Shown in pieces: positions 40,401 through 53,349 of a stretch of DNA of 64,000 nt. The notes under the pieces were generated by a model. The model saw nothing but the letters and a program-made list of their open reading frames with translations, had not been told where the DNA came from and searched no databases. Numbering within the stretch: position 1 is the first letter of the stretch; the number at the start of each line of letters is the position of its first letter. Location: assembly GCA_036172245.1 (NCBI GenBank), contig JAYWIR010000023.1:806001-870000 (forward strand). Direction: 5' to 3'. The position numbers and the translations under genes were made by a program. Source of the DNA: Raillietiella orientalis. Its lineage: Eukaryota.

Positions 40401-41589
40401 CAACAGGGATACTGGCGGGAGCACGGGCACTTCCACGCATGCGTTTGTTTGCACCTCCCCCCTTCCCCCCCTGCTTGGAAAGAAACGCCCTGTCGCTCGA
40501 GCTGAGGATAGAGGGTCACCCTACTGTTCAGAGATTCCCCCCCAAGGGGGCACAAGTGAGAGAACCCGTGGCGGATTCGAAACGAGGTCGCTGCATTCGG
40601 AGCTCGTTTTCGCACAGGTCACCCGGGCTTCTCGGGGTTTCCCGCTGTCGGGGGACGGGAAGCAAAAGAAGCTCCCACGCTAATAGGGGGCACCGGTTAA
40701 GGACGGACCCCTGTCCTCCCTTGTGGGGAGCCCTCGTCGATTCGAGGGTTCGAAGCGTCCCCAGGCGGAAGGAGACCACCACAGGCCGAAGGCAGCAAGG
40801 GGGAGCTCGGAGAGAGACGCCTTCGCCGCCCTTCCGCGAGAAGGCGGCGCCACCACCGACCCAGGCATGACCGGTCCGTAGCGGAACGCCGGTCCTCCGA
40901 GCAGACGCTGCGCCTCCCCAAAGGGGGGAGCATCCGTCCCCTCGGCAGCCGGGCGTACCCGGGAAGGCGTGCCCCCTCGCTTTGTAGCTCTGCTGCGCCC
41001 GGCCGACGCGTCTGGAGACCTGCGTCCCCGTCTTCAGGGTGGTTTCCAGGAGCGAAATGCCCCTCACCTCCCGCCCTTTGGACGAGCGACCCTCCCCCCC
41101 TTCCGAGCCAGATCGATGACTCTGATGCCCCTGGTCGACTTGCAGTAGAGAGGGAAAGTCGAAGGGAGGCACCCCAACTGCTCCTGTTGCTTTCGTGGAC
41201 GAGGCGGTCACTGCGGCGGCGGCGTTTCTTTCGATCCTCGTGCTGCCGCGGCCGTTCCGATGACGTCAGCAGAGGATTAGCGGATCGGCACGAGTCTGTC
41301 CTCTCAAGGGCGGGCTGGGAGATCTCTCCAGAGCCCCGCCACGCATCTTCGGAGGCTTCTTCGATCCGGAGATGCCTTTCGCCTCCTTCCAGCGACCCTA
41401 CGAAAGGCCCCCCTCCCTCCCACCCACCAACCCGCCTTCGCGCTTCAGCATCATCCCGATGCTTGCTCCTGAGGATTCCTCCTTTGATCCTGCTCCTTCC
41501 GGGGTGCCTCGACTCGCGACTCCTTCCTCTTGAAGCCGTGCCTTTCGGTGTTTTTCCGACCCTCTGGCGAGAGAGATCAGTTCCTGGCA

Positions 41590-43200
41590 CGGTCCCTCCC
41601 GGATCAGCTCCACTTTCCGTGAGGAACGTCCGTTCCCACCACCAAAATGGCTACCACTCGTCATGGGGGACCGATTCGATCCTTCGTCTGAGGGGGGAGA
41701 TGGGGTGAGGGTGGATGGGACGCTCTCCCTTCCGTCCCGCTTTCACACCCAACCCCCTTCTTGCCATCATCCTCTCCGATTCGCAGCTGCCACCCCTCAG
41801 AAAATCCGTCTCCGTGGGAAACGGATCTTGACCCGCCGGCCGCTCATCCTGAGCCGAGATTCAGCAACCCGCCCCCTCAGGGTCGAAGAGAACGCCAGCG
41901 TCCTCTATTTATCTTCTCCTCCCCCCTTTTCGCCTTGGGTTCCTCGCCTTCCCGACCCGATCGCTTTCCAGGTAAGCCACCTCTTCCGCCGCCGACCGAG
42001 AAGCCGCCGAGTGACCTCCGCAAAATGGCTCAGTGTCCGCCCCGCATCTGCTGATGGCCCGCTGACCCCGTTTCGAGGTTGTTCTCAGCGTTCATCCCTG
42101 AATCTTTCCTCCTCATTTCTCTGGGCCCCGAAGCGGAGTCCCGAAAGATCGGCAGCGTGAAGAGTCACTTGCCATCGGCCTGGGCGTGTGGAACGGGAAG
42201 CAGGAAGAGCGGGAGCGTGATCCCTCTGACCCATGGCCTCCCGTGGCGGCGCGTCCTTAGCGATGGGATGGCCGAGGTGATGGATTGGAATGACCGCACC
42301 CCACGGTGCGGTTATTCCACGGATCGAAATCAAGATGGGCATGGAGGTAGGCAGGGGAGTCCCGGGATCCCTTCGCTGGGTGGACGCCGTCCGCCCTCTT
42401 CAGCGTTCAAGGTTGGCAACGGGAGGCATGGCTCCTCACGGACTCCGGCAGGGATCCTGTTCTCGTCTCGCAGGGAGACCCGGAGAAGGTAGGGGAAGAC
42501 ATGGGAGAAGTGGGCAGTTCACTAAGAGCGCACTCACCTGGCGTCCCGGTCCCTTCGCCTCGCCCCCGAGGTACACCCACAGGTTGGGGGTGACCCCTCG
42601 CGGCTACGGGGGTGGCATCGCGGCTGCGCAGGGCGGTGCGGCTGCTCCCACCAAGGGCACCAATTCAGACGGAGAAGGCGCAGGAGGGTGACCACCGGAA
42701 GCGACCTCCGCCTTTTCGGCCATGCCAAGGTCACCGCGCGCTTGCCTCGTCGTCGGGCATCTCCTGGCTGCTCCTCTCCAGAGAATTACAGCAGTTGTGG
42801 CTGGACACATCGTGACCCGAACTTCATCAGGAACGGACCTAAGCAAAAGCAGAGGAAGGACGGGAGGAACTCGCCTCCCTGGTCTCGAGCTCTCCTGATC
42901 GCTCACGCTTTCGCTTCGCATCTCCGTCTGTACCGTTTCCTAGAGATCCAAGAACGCGGTAGCGGCGACCACGACCTGCTGCCCAGAACCTACAGCTTTG
43001 GGCTGTCTTCGCCGCTTGTACGTGGCGGAGGAGCGCCGGTGAGGCAGCGCCCATGGCGTGACTGCCCCCTAAGGATCATCATCGGAGAGGCCCTCTCTCC
43101 CCGCTGCAGCTTCTGGAACATTCCGAAACCACGGGAGGGATGACTCCTCCTTCCATCCCAGAATTGGGAGCATTTCTTGGAAACCCCTCCCCCCTACTCC
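41590..43200 (+). mobile_element. heavily degraded L1/Tx1-like LINE ORF2 (APE endonuclease, RT, post-RT)
   Basis: Motifs in correct order across frameshifts: LVMGDRF (~41657), RVD..SCHHPL (~41760, SDH-like), PTEKPPSDLRKM/SADGPLTPF, HGLPWRRVLSDGMAEVMDW, GVPGSLRWV, GLRQG (42440-42454), SRALLIAHAFASH and PLVRGGG. YADD not seen. Confidence 0.6.
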
Positions 43201-44169
43201 TACTCCTCCGAGGCGTGACCTTTTCCTCTCTTGTACCAACTAAATGATCCAGAGATCGGGAGCGTGCCGTTCGGTTGCAGCGCCATCTGCTGCGCGTTCC
43301 GGAGACACCACTCACTACCAACGCGCTCCAATCAGAGGAGGTCACAGCCGTCCCAGATTCATAGAGCGAGATCACCGGCCTACAAGATGGTGGTAGGTAA
43401 AGGAAAGGGGGGGTGAGAGTAGGGGCATAAAAAGGAGAAACAAAAACGAAAAAGCGGATCAAGAGATGACTCTTGACCTCCGACAACTTCAGCCCCAGCG
43501 TGGTAATCAGGTTCGCTTCCAAGGACACGGGGACGCTTACTACCGCTACCCAACCCCCTCTCTTCGAGGAAGCCACCCCCTACATTCGCGCTCCTCTGTC
43601 GGAAACGTCAGCCGTCCCGCGTCGCCGCCGACCTCCGAGCCTGGTTGATGCACGCTGCAGCGACGGGAATTGACTGCTTGCGGGATGGCGAAAGGCCGTC
43701 ATTCGAATGTGCAGGCATGTCGCCCCGCTTGTACTCGGGAAGGAGGGAGGTGTTCGAACGACGGGGCAGCACGACGAGGACGGGTGGGTGGCAGTGTGGA
43801 CCGCCTTCGGGGGTCAGCTCGGAGATTCCCAGCCGATTTGCAATCCCGTGATCCGGTGAAAAGATGAACTGCGTCCGATTACCGGTTCGATTCCTCGCCA
43901 CTTACTCGCTCTTCGATCCTGTAGTATCCGTAGCTGCCGCTGAGAACCAAACTGCACGGGAAGCTAGGCGGCCCTTTCTCGAAGAAGAGGAACTTGGGAT
44001 GACCGTGGACCTTCTGCCCGGGAATCCCCACCGTATGCTTCCCTCGATCTCTGAGTCCTCTAGCAGCTCCCTGATTCGCTTCCGGATCGAAGGATTGGGA
44101 TCAAAAAGATCTCGGGTTGAGTGAGAAGGGTCCTTCGTGCCTTTGATTCCCGTCTCTGGACCTGCGAAA

Positions 44170-44735
44170 CTCTTTTTTGGAAGGGGGGAGGGGTTCGCTA
44201 GGTGCACAAGCAATGATTGTCCCCTTGGGGGGAAGGGGCTCACAGAGCTCTTCGACGCTGCCACGCCACCTGAGGGTGCGTGTAATAAGCTCTTCAAGTT
44301 AGAGGGGCAACCCTAGAGGGTCCACCCTATGAATCCTAGAAGGGCTCCGGAGGAAGCAGTCCGTTCCTCGCACGCTTGGGAGGGGAACCCTCACACTGGT
44401 TGTCGCTGGAGGGAACCCTGAAGGGAATTTCTCCCTCATTCTCTCCGGAAGGGTCCCCTGTTGAAGGGGGGCACTTTTCATGTATTCTCTGGAAAGAATC
44501 TGCAAGGGAATCGCTCCTCGTTTCCTCATCCTCCTCCTCTGAAGACAACCCCGAAGGAACGTTTCCAAGTTTCTCTGAAGGGTCGCTCCCTGAAGGGAGC
44601 AGCTCGTTTCTTCACACACTGAAGAAGCAATCTCCCGAGGGGAAATCAACCATCATCATGGCACAATCCCCTTTTCACAACCTGAAGGACTCCTTGATTT
44701 CTGGAAGGACCCCGGAGGGTCGACTTCTAATCCAT
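44170..44735. repeat. dispersed repeat family R1 (left flank of LINE copy A)
   Basis: ggttcgcta..ccacgccacctgagggtgcgtgt..ccctatgaatcc, subunit array, ending ggaaggaccccggagggtcgacttctaatcc; collinear with 59665-60285. Confidence 0.85.
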
Positions 44736-44738
44736 GCA

Positions 44739-45380
44739 TCCCGGCAACGCCCGCCGGCATCAGCGGACATCACGAGGATGTGTGGATCTAAAACTGCACA
44801 CGGTGCGGGGAGCGGGAATCCCTTCCGCACCTCTTAGTGGACTGTGTTGCCCTCCGGACCCTTTGAAAATGCTTTGCCCTTGGAACTCCCGGCAGCAACG
44901 CCAGAGATGTTTTAAAGCGCCTCTTCCTGAGCGACACACTCATGCCTGGCGTATCCCCGGCAGCACTTTGCTACTCACGCGGTGGTATCGTGGTTGCATG
45001 GAGCAATGCCAGAGAATGCCAGAACGACAGAGATGCCATCTATTGCTGTCCTTTTCATGAGGACAGCGTCAAGATGGCCCCATCTGGGAATCATAAAACA
45101 GGAAACTTGCCGGCATCCTTACAAGGATGCAGAGGACGCCCTCCAGCACGCAGTGATCCCTTCCCAAACCTCCCCCTCCCCCTCTTTCTTTTTTTTTTTT
45201 GACTGTTTTGTTTTTGTTTTATTTTTTTCTTTCTGTTTGTCTCCCCTTCCCCTGTGCTGCCGAGGCAAAGCCTGCTGGTCTGCGTGGCAGATCCCGGCAG
45301 GTTCCTTTTCGTATTCATAAGTAACGTGGCAGGATCAAACGATCTGCCACAGACGTGTGTGTTTATTTTTTATAAATAAA
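44739..45380 (+). mobile_element. 5'-truncated LINE 3' end, copy A (zinc-finger region + 3'UTR)
   Basis: Homologous to 61562-62202; 44848-45385 equals 61669-62207 except for one C-run indel. T-rich 3'UTR, hairpin at 45326-45350, ends ...ttttttataaataaa. Confidence 0.85.
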
Positions 45381-45569
45381 CGCCCTGGAGTGACCAGGTG
45401 TGAACCAGTGCCGCCCCCGAAGCCTACAGGCTAACCAGCGTCATCCTGCAGGGGGCATTCGAAACCGACGACGCACCGTCCATTCTCGGCGTCGTCCCTT
45501 CCCCGAGTGGGATCCGAACCCGCAACTCTTGGCACCAGGCGTGGAGGTCGCAGCAGCCAATGCGGGCCT
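45381..45569 (-). mobile_element. tRNA-derived SINE-like head and body
   Basis: Minus strand ...tggctgctgcg..ccaagagttgcgGGTTCGGATCCcac (B-box at 45510-45520), then gcaggatgac..ctgtaggcttcgggggcggcactggttcacacc shared with 62203-62388. Confidence 0.7.
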
Positions 45570-47599
45570 ACTTTCAGGCCGAGAGCTCATTACCTTTAAC
45601 ACAGCAAAGGTTGCTCAAGAGCACCTTCCTAATGGTCTTCCCGGAGGAAATCTTCAGCTGCCACTGGAACGAGGAGAGTCACGGAAACTCTTCACATATG
45701 CTGCACTTTCGTTCTGCGCCGACTCACTCAAAGCGCAGTCCACGCGGTGCGCATCCACCGCACCCATTCCGCCGCCGTAAGCATTTCGTCTTCAAAGTGC
45801 TGAAGACAACTGAAGAAGAGAGAGCAGCTTCTCACGTCCAGAAAAATTTTTGGAAAACCATTCTTCGATGCCACGCTACCCATGAAGAGGACGTGTGGTT
45901 GGCTTGAATGCGCTTTATGGGCACGGCGGAAACGAAAAGCCCTTTCTGGCTACCCAGGTGCGAGCAGCGTCGTGGTAGCTCTTTCTTTCAAGCTGCGAAC
46001 CCTATTCCTCGGAAAGGTGCTCTTTGTTCTCCAAGACCAACCATACCTCCATCTGGACTTTTCTTCGCTTATCTTCTTGCTCTCTAGATTGCTTGAAGAC
46101 TGAAATAAATCCTATTCCTCTTAAAAATTTGTATTCTCTTCTCTTCGATCGGTACTGCTTTTCGTTCTTTGGTTTTTTCTTGTTTATCGATTCTCCAGCA
46201 GTCGTTAAATCTTTAAGACCGGGTTTACTCTCCAGCAGTCCCTGAAGGTGATGGTCTTCCATCTCCCTTCCGCGTTTGCAACTTTGAGATGACTATCTCA
46301 AAGATCATCAGAAAGAATTCTCCTCTTCCCTATTTGGAATGCAAGATGGGCTTCCGCTTCCGTGACATCAAAGGCGCAGATCGGCTGTCCGCTCTTGTAC
46401 TTCTCCCTTCGATGCACACAGCCACGAGACGGAGGAAACTTTTTGTGGCTCACGGGACGCAATCGGCTCGACAGTCTCAAAGGAGCAGTAACTGTCTTCT
46501 CCAAACTCCCTGCCCCAAACCCGAGTTCCCGTCTCTTGATTAAACAGCTCAGATCCAACCAGCCACCAGTGATCCCTCTCTCGCTCAAATCTCGTTTCGA
46601 TCCGGTCCACAGCCTACACGCGGTACCGCTCTACTGCATCTCAGCCCGTGTTTTCTGATCCAAAGTTCCGGAGAAGAGATAGACCGTCTCTTCCTCTTGC
46701 GGAAATAGGTTGAAATTGCCACCGCACGGCACAGCACAAACCCATGGTCCGTTTTCCTTGATCGGGATGAAGTGTCGCGCAGGTCACGGTAATGCTCTTG
46801 CAAGCACAAGTGCCGAACGTCGAGCAGCATCTGCACAGCACCAAGCGCATTCAAGAGTGTGAAGCATGTGCAAACAGGAAACAGGGTAAGCAGGAGCTGC
46901 CAAAGATAAGAAACTGGGGAAGCGACAAAAAAAGGGAGAAGAGACAAACTCAGAACTTCAGATCGAGTCCCCAACTGCCTGCCTTAATAGACAAAGGCAG
47001 ACAGGTCCATACATGAGTTAGGTAAGCAGGTACGGGCCATTACTGAAGAAAGAACCTCGTGTGATCCTAAATGAAAGTCGAGATGCCATCTGTGACGAGG
47101 AACGAATGGGGGAAGGGGAGGTGGAGGTTGGTGTTAAACGAGTCTGAACTGTTGGCATGGTGCAGCATCGGAAGGATCATTTGGAGGGCCTCCAAAAAAA
47201 AAAAAAATAAACAGTTCCTACAAACAGTGCTTCCGAAGAATCTCTCAATCTGCTTGCAGCAAGCCGCCATCTTGCGTCCCCTCTGCGTAGCCCCCATGAA
47301 TGTCACGTGTTACTAGCACGATAGTACGGTTGCTCGCACACCATGCAGAACAGCAGGGGGGCTATTAGCTACATGGTGGCACTCCTATGCAGAGTTAGAG
47401 TGAGGAGACAGTATATTTTTTTTTTTTTTTGGAGCAAAAGGATGGATCAAAAATATGTCTGTTCCTCAAAGCATCTCTTTCTCTTTCACTCCCATCTAAC
47501 ACCATTGGTAAATTGCTGGGCATTTTATAGGTTTTCGCCATCTTTCTCTACAGGACTCGACGACAATCAGGTGTTTGTGGTCTCGTGGAAATCACCCTT

Positions 47600-49020
47600 G
47601 CATCCATCCATACTGCAGGACAAGACGAAATCAAGCATTGTGCTATTTGTTGAAGGTGGAGGATTCCGGTTGGCAGGATGTATCTTGGAGTATCCTGGTC
47701 CCCTCTTGTCTCTTCAGAACACTTCTCGAAGAGTAGAGTGCTGTATGCCCCTGCCCTTTCCAAGCTTCTCTCACCCTTAGGCATTCCAAAAGGTAAACTG
47801 GTCTCCTGCGACGGTGGACAGGCGTGGTACACCTTGAGTGCGTGCTTCCGACATCGCTGAGGTGCATCCTCCCAGTCTGCACCCCAGTCTGTCGCAGGCG
47901 TGTCCGTCCAACAACGCTGAGGCGCTGCCGACCTGTCCGCCCATTCTGCGGTACACCGTAAGTGCTTCCTGATTGCGGTCCACCAGCGAAGCGCTCGTGT
48001 ATGCTGAGAATAATCTCCACTTTGCATTTCTGCAGCCAATCCGAGCGCCAGGCTGCTTGTAGAGTTCGGGAGCAGTCACTCCGAGTCTGCCTTCTCTTGA
48101 GTGGCTGTCCCGAGTAGCAAACCATGCATTTCAATGCATTTCTTGCGAACCCATGCTTTCTTTTGCCTCCGATCTGGGAGCGTTCCAGAAGAGGAATTCG
48201 AAAACTGCTCATCAATCTTTCACAAGCCCACTTTGTGTAAAGGAGGAGGATAGGAGGACTCAGAGGTGACCGGAGAACAATTCCCAAACCAGTGGTTGGA
48301 TCAGCAGGTTCAGGAATCTCGAATACCAGTCCTTGTTCGCTGCAGAAGGGGAGCGTCCCTTCTGCTGCTAACAGGCTGCTTCGATAACGGACCGCAATCG
48401 GAAAGCACCCGCGGTGTACCGCTGGCGAGCTCTTCAACGCCTGCCCACCGTCGCCGGCGATCCATTTACCTTTCGGAATGCTTTTGGAATCCTCTGTTCA
48501 ACCTTCAACAAGCGTCCGAGCTTTCCAGCTCGAAAGGGTAAAGGGATATGGGAGGCAGATTCAGCATGCGAACATTCGCGTACGAAGCTGCTTTTCTATA
48601 AACAGCAGAAAGTTGGTGTGGAAAACTAAATTTCGCAAGTAAAAGCTCGACTGGCTCATCTTTCTAATGGTGGCATCCTCACTCATGGATGCTACGTGAA
48701 TGGTTCCTCTGGTTTGCATGGCCGAGACTTGTTGACCCAACTGATTTCGTTTTAATGTTTCCTTTATGTCTTTGTAGGTTTCCATGCCATCCGGCGCTGG
48801 AAGCTAACGCTGCACAAAGTGGCCAAGCTCCGAAACGTCTTGAGACCGCCTGGAACGTCTTGAGACCGGAAGGGAAAAAAACAGCCTTCGTCGCAGGGTT
48901 CCCATTCGCGAGACGAGATGCGAAGAGTATTGCTTTATTGGTTTCTGGTTCACCCTTGGGGTGCGACCTCGGCCTTTCCGTGTTTTCTACGCCGTACATC
49001 GCAAACCATGGAACATCCAC
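47600..49020 (-). pseudogene. degraded PPR remnant, interrupted by inverted repeat arms
   Basis: LLLYTKWAC..IGGKRKHGFARNALKC..QPLKRRQTRSDCS (48060-48250), AWKGQGHTALY..CQPESSTF, and GAWPLCAALASSAGWHG. Confidence 0.5.
47781..48481. repeat. inverted repeat pair about 700 bp apart (TIR/MITE-like)
   Basis: 47781-47825 gcattccaaaaggtaaactggtctcctgcgacggtggacaggcgt matches the reverse complement of 48437-48481 at 38/45. A second block, gcggtacaccg..gtgctt.c.gattgcggtcc, pairs ~47948-47992 with ~48378-48422. Confidence 0.75.
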
Positions 49021-51129
49021 AAAGACGCCCTACCTACTTGCCCTAGTGCTGCCTTCCCTTCTGTCTCAAGAAAAAAGAAGGGAACCAAGAAAGAAGGGGA
49101 AAGGAGTTTCTTTATCGACTCGGTGCGTTTTCTTCGAGTTCCGGATGTGCGGTTCGTGAAGAGGGAGGACTGAAGGAGTCCTTTTCCCGACGGAACGCTT
49201 GCGATTTTGTGACTATGTCGACGGGGCGAAACGCTCCCGATCGGACCGACAAAGCTCCCCAGGTGAAAACAGTCGGAAACGACGTTTGCTTCCTGCGTTG
49301 GGCAGAACCAGAACCACCACCGAAGTGAGCATTGCATCTGGCTTCGCCTCTTCCTTTTCGGTAAGGATCGCCTGCTGCTCTTAGAAGCGGTGCCAGTCGT
49401 ACTTCACGGATGGAGAAAACTCAAGGGAATTTGCGAGCTGATACTCTCCCGATCAGCTGGCACTCAGAAGCCGTGAAATGTCCGTTGACATGACTTGCCA
49501 ACACATTGGCGATAGGATTCGACCGTGGAAGAATCAGAAACTGCAAACGGCTGCAGGGAGTAAGCGAGCGAACGGGAACCAAACGGGGGAAAACGAACGA
49601 AGCCAGTCCTTCCCGAAACTGAGCTTGCGGTGCTTTCAATATTAACGCTCGCATCCTGCTCACGTGATTGACTCCTGATATCGAACTTGAGCTCGCCGAA
49701 TGCTCACGTCACGTCCGTCGGAGACCGTGCTCGCGGAGGAAGATCAGCCGACGGCAGAGATTACTCTGGCAATCCGAATGTGCCCGACTCGGGATGCTGT
49801 CGAGCGCTTTCCCCCCCTGGAGCGAGCCTTGCATGCGCTGCGCAGTCGGGAAGAGCAAACACTGTTCCCAAACACGTCCGAGCGCACCCTGCAGCTGGAG
49901 ATGAACTACGTGAGGCAGCGACGAGTGAAAGCAGCAGCGAACGTTTTCCTCTGCCCACAAGATTCCGGTTTCCTCTGCGCTTCCTTGGCTGCCGTGATTG
50001 ATCCTCGCAGCCGGAGCAATAACTCAACACGAATCCGCCGGAGAGCACAAATGGCTGAGCGGGAAGCGTCCATCCGAGACCATGTGTGATGGTTTCTTCT
50101 TGTTACTACACATCCATCACTCTCTGAGTCCCATCTGAGCGATGTTCGCTACGAGTAACGCCCACGATAAATCAGAAATCTCAGCTGAAGCCATGAGAAA
50201 ACGAAGTTATGAAATTTAATAAGAAAGCAGTCCGATTGCTAAATCCTCTTTTTGACTTGGAAACGGGATCAGAACAAATCTTGCATGCAAAGTAATCAAA
50301 TGGGGGTAGAAAATCCTCGATCACAATCATGAAAGGGAATGCAGATCCTCCGCTGGAATTCATCCGGGTAGGTGAACTGATGATCACATTCTGCGCTTCA
50401 TCAGGAAGTTCATTTTGGCCTGTGTCCATTTGCGTCCAGATCTTCCCGCTACTTTTTTCGATCCCGGCTACTTTCCAAGTAGCTCGACGAAGAGTTCCAA
50501 GTACCTGGCGCCGGAATGTGGCGCCATGTGCATTCAAAAAGAGTTTCTCAACACGTGCCGCCATCTTGTTAATTTATTTCTTCTATTTTTTTTTTGTTAC
50601 TTGAAAGCTACACTGAGGATTCGATGAGCACCCCTGCGAGTCTGTAAACAAAAAAAAAACACGAGTCAACAACACCTAGGTTTTTTGATTAGTACAGAGT
50701 TTCTTCTTTGAACACTGGAAACGCTGGTGCTTGTGATGACGAAACAGGAATGAAACTCACCGCGTAAAGGTACGGAAGCGTTTCTCAGTGGATGGAGAAA
50801 GGAAGGCCCCAGCTACGGTGCTGGCAGAAATGAAATGGCGCTCTTGAATCGATGCACGTTGCAGTAGAACTGAGGAAGCGTTCCTTTCTCACAGGATGGA
50901 GCGAGCTGCTGGAACAGAGCGATAAATCAAGTGAAAAGAGAAATGAACCCGAAAAAAAAGCTTCGGGAGCAACCGACAACTCATCAACCTGACATTCTGT
51001 GGAAAGATGAAATCGTCAGTGCACAACACTTTCTGAGATTCGCTTTCTACAGAAAATGCCATGAGCCTCGTTCAATGGTACAAAGAAGTCATCGTCATCG
51101 GGTAGCTCACTCGGACACAAGTAGCAATT

Positions 51130-52213
51130 CAATTAGACAAGATTCGGCGTGCAAGCTCCTGACGACGGATCCTCTTCCCTTTGTTTTTGAGGAAAAGAAG
51201 GAAAGAAAAAAAAAATTAGCTTGATCTTGGAATTCAAATTTTCTGGAAAGAGGCAATCCCAATGATTCAGATCAGCTGCATATTTCATTTCATTTTGCTT
51301 GCAAATTGAATTCTTCAGGCTGGCTTTCACGACCAACGCGCCTACTGGCTTGCACTGTTGTGGAGGATGCGCACGTCTGATCCCAATCTCTTTGAAGTTC
51401 CGGACATTCCGTGCGATACGTTTTCGCAGCACCGCTGCGATTTCCCTCAAGAAATCCTTCCTCCAGCAGAAAATGCATATCTCATCGGCCATAACCTTTT
51501 GAGGCCTTCCAACTGATTCCAAAGAGCGATCCCAAGATCACCACGTGTTCCGTCGCACCTCATGACCATCACTGGCGCAAACTGCATGCTGATGAGAAGA
51601 ACACACAGAAGGGAACAGGATAGGACCATCCGCCAAGGAGTTCTTAATAAAACCCTTGAGCGAAAATTGTTTTGCTGGGATGGAAGCGCAGAGCTGCTGA
51701 CGGTTTCAGACATTCAGAAAGGCATTTGAAAGGATTTACAGCTTTCTTTTCAAAATAAGAACACTTGGAACACTTTCCAACACTTGGAAAAATTCTATTC
51801 TTTAAGAATTCCAAAAAGAAATCGTTTTCCACTGCATCTACCAGCTCAGTACATTGAACTTTACCGACCTCCCTTTTTTTCTTTTTGTTTATGAACTTTA
51901 AGAAAATCTGGCTAATAAATTCCCATTCGAATAATCTTTTCTCCACTGATTTATTGTTTCTACTCCCATTTGATACTTCGTCCCAGATAATCATTGCAAA
52001 ACGATCAAACCTCTGAAGAAATCTGGGGAATCTGAATTCTGAAAAACAAACTCTCGAGTGATGGGCCGGAGCATTTCGTCTTTGCATCCGTAGCGAACAT
52101 GGGGTTTCAAGATCCGAAACATTTGGAATGAATTCAAGCTGTAATCGTTTCCGATCAGCAGAATCCTGAATTCCCACAACAGGAATAAGGCTGCAACGCA
52201 GATACCTGTTCAT
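51130..52213 (-). pseudogene. degraded PPR remnant
   Basis: IIWDEVSNGSRNNKSVEKRLF, ENDFFLEFLKNRIFPSVGKC and RNFKEIGIRR..VGALVVKASLKNSICKQNE. Confidence 0.4.
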
Positions 52214-53349
52214 TTCAAATCGATACTATTGAGCTACGAAATACCCGTCCTGATGCATGAGCTGCTTGTGCTCGGAACATTGGGCCATCATCATCTCCTT
52301 CCAAACTGTTCTGTGATGTGCCAGCTCTCTGATAATGCACTGGGTTACATGATGAAATATTTTCTTCGTATTAGCATCATACAGTAGGCGGCCTGAAACA
52401 CATCACAAAATCCAATCATAAATTCCGAGAGTTCGGGATGTACGATTTCGATAACGTATACAATAGCTGAGCGGCAGTTCTGTGCGCCACATCCTTGCGA
52501 CCTGGACCACGGCGGCACCCGACAGACGCAGGCAGCGAGCACGAAGATTTTCAATTGTACTCGCAACACAGGTACCGATGATGGGAGATTGATCGAAAGC
52601 CGTATGGCTTCCGAGAAAAAAGACAAAGTGGGACCGAGGATTTGGCCAACAAGAATTCTAAAAAAAAGGAAAAGAAATCCACAGACCCGGATGCAAAAAG
52701 CCTGCTGCAGTAGCTGTCTATCTCTACTCCAACCAACCTGTGGTCACGAAAATGCTTGTTAAGAACTTTATACCAGTTATCGATGACGATGATGATGTAA
52801 TGGCGCTTTTCCTACAAGAATAAAGAGCGTTCAAACGATTTCTACCTTTATTTCTCTTGCTTCCCATTCATAGGTTCAATCTCTTGTGTATCTTTATGGT
52901 TTCTTTCAAGAGGCAGATTCTTCGGCTCGTTCTCCCCCGACAAACATGAGCATCAGCTTTGTCTTCCTTTCAGTATCTCGTTGGATTGACGTATTTTTAA
53001 AATATGTGTGGAAGACTGCAAGCAAGATTTATTTTCTTGTATTCAAAGGAAACCTAGCTGGGGGCTTGAACTTGGGTCTGTTTGCTTGGGAAACGACCAA
53101 TGATTTTGATGGCATAAACAGCAAAACTGAGCAATCAAGAAATTTCCCTGTGTAAGGAAAGAAGGCGTGATTGAGGTTCGTAAAAGACCAAAGCGTGGGT
53201 ACGGATTACGACGAGATCTACAGCAGAATGGTCGCCTCGCATCCCAGGCACATCGGAAATCTGCACCTCGGCTGAAATGTTTTCGGGAAAAGCCTCCACT
53301 CTTCGGCGTTTTCTGCAAAAAGCAGATAATGCACTAAGAGCGAGACTTT

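Noticed and set aside
39696..41708. Long overlapping ORFs (269, 297, 227, 210 aa) as CDS
   Set aside because: Expected by chance in GC-rich TE DNA; R/G/P/S-rich with no coherent domain.
47643..48437. 264-aa ORF as an intact PPR protein
   Set aside because: Only ~60 aa are PPR-like; the rest reads through inverted-repeat arms.
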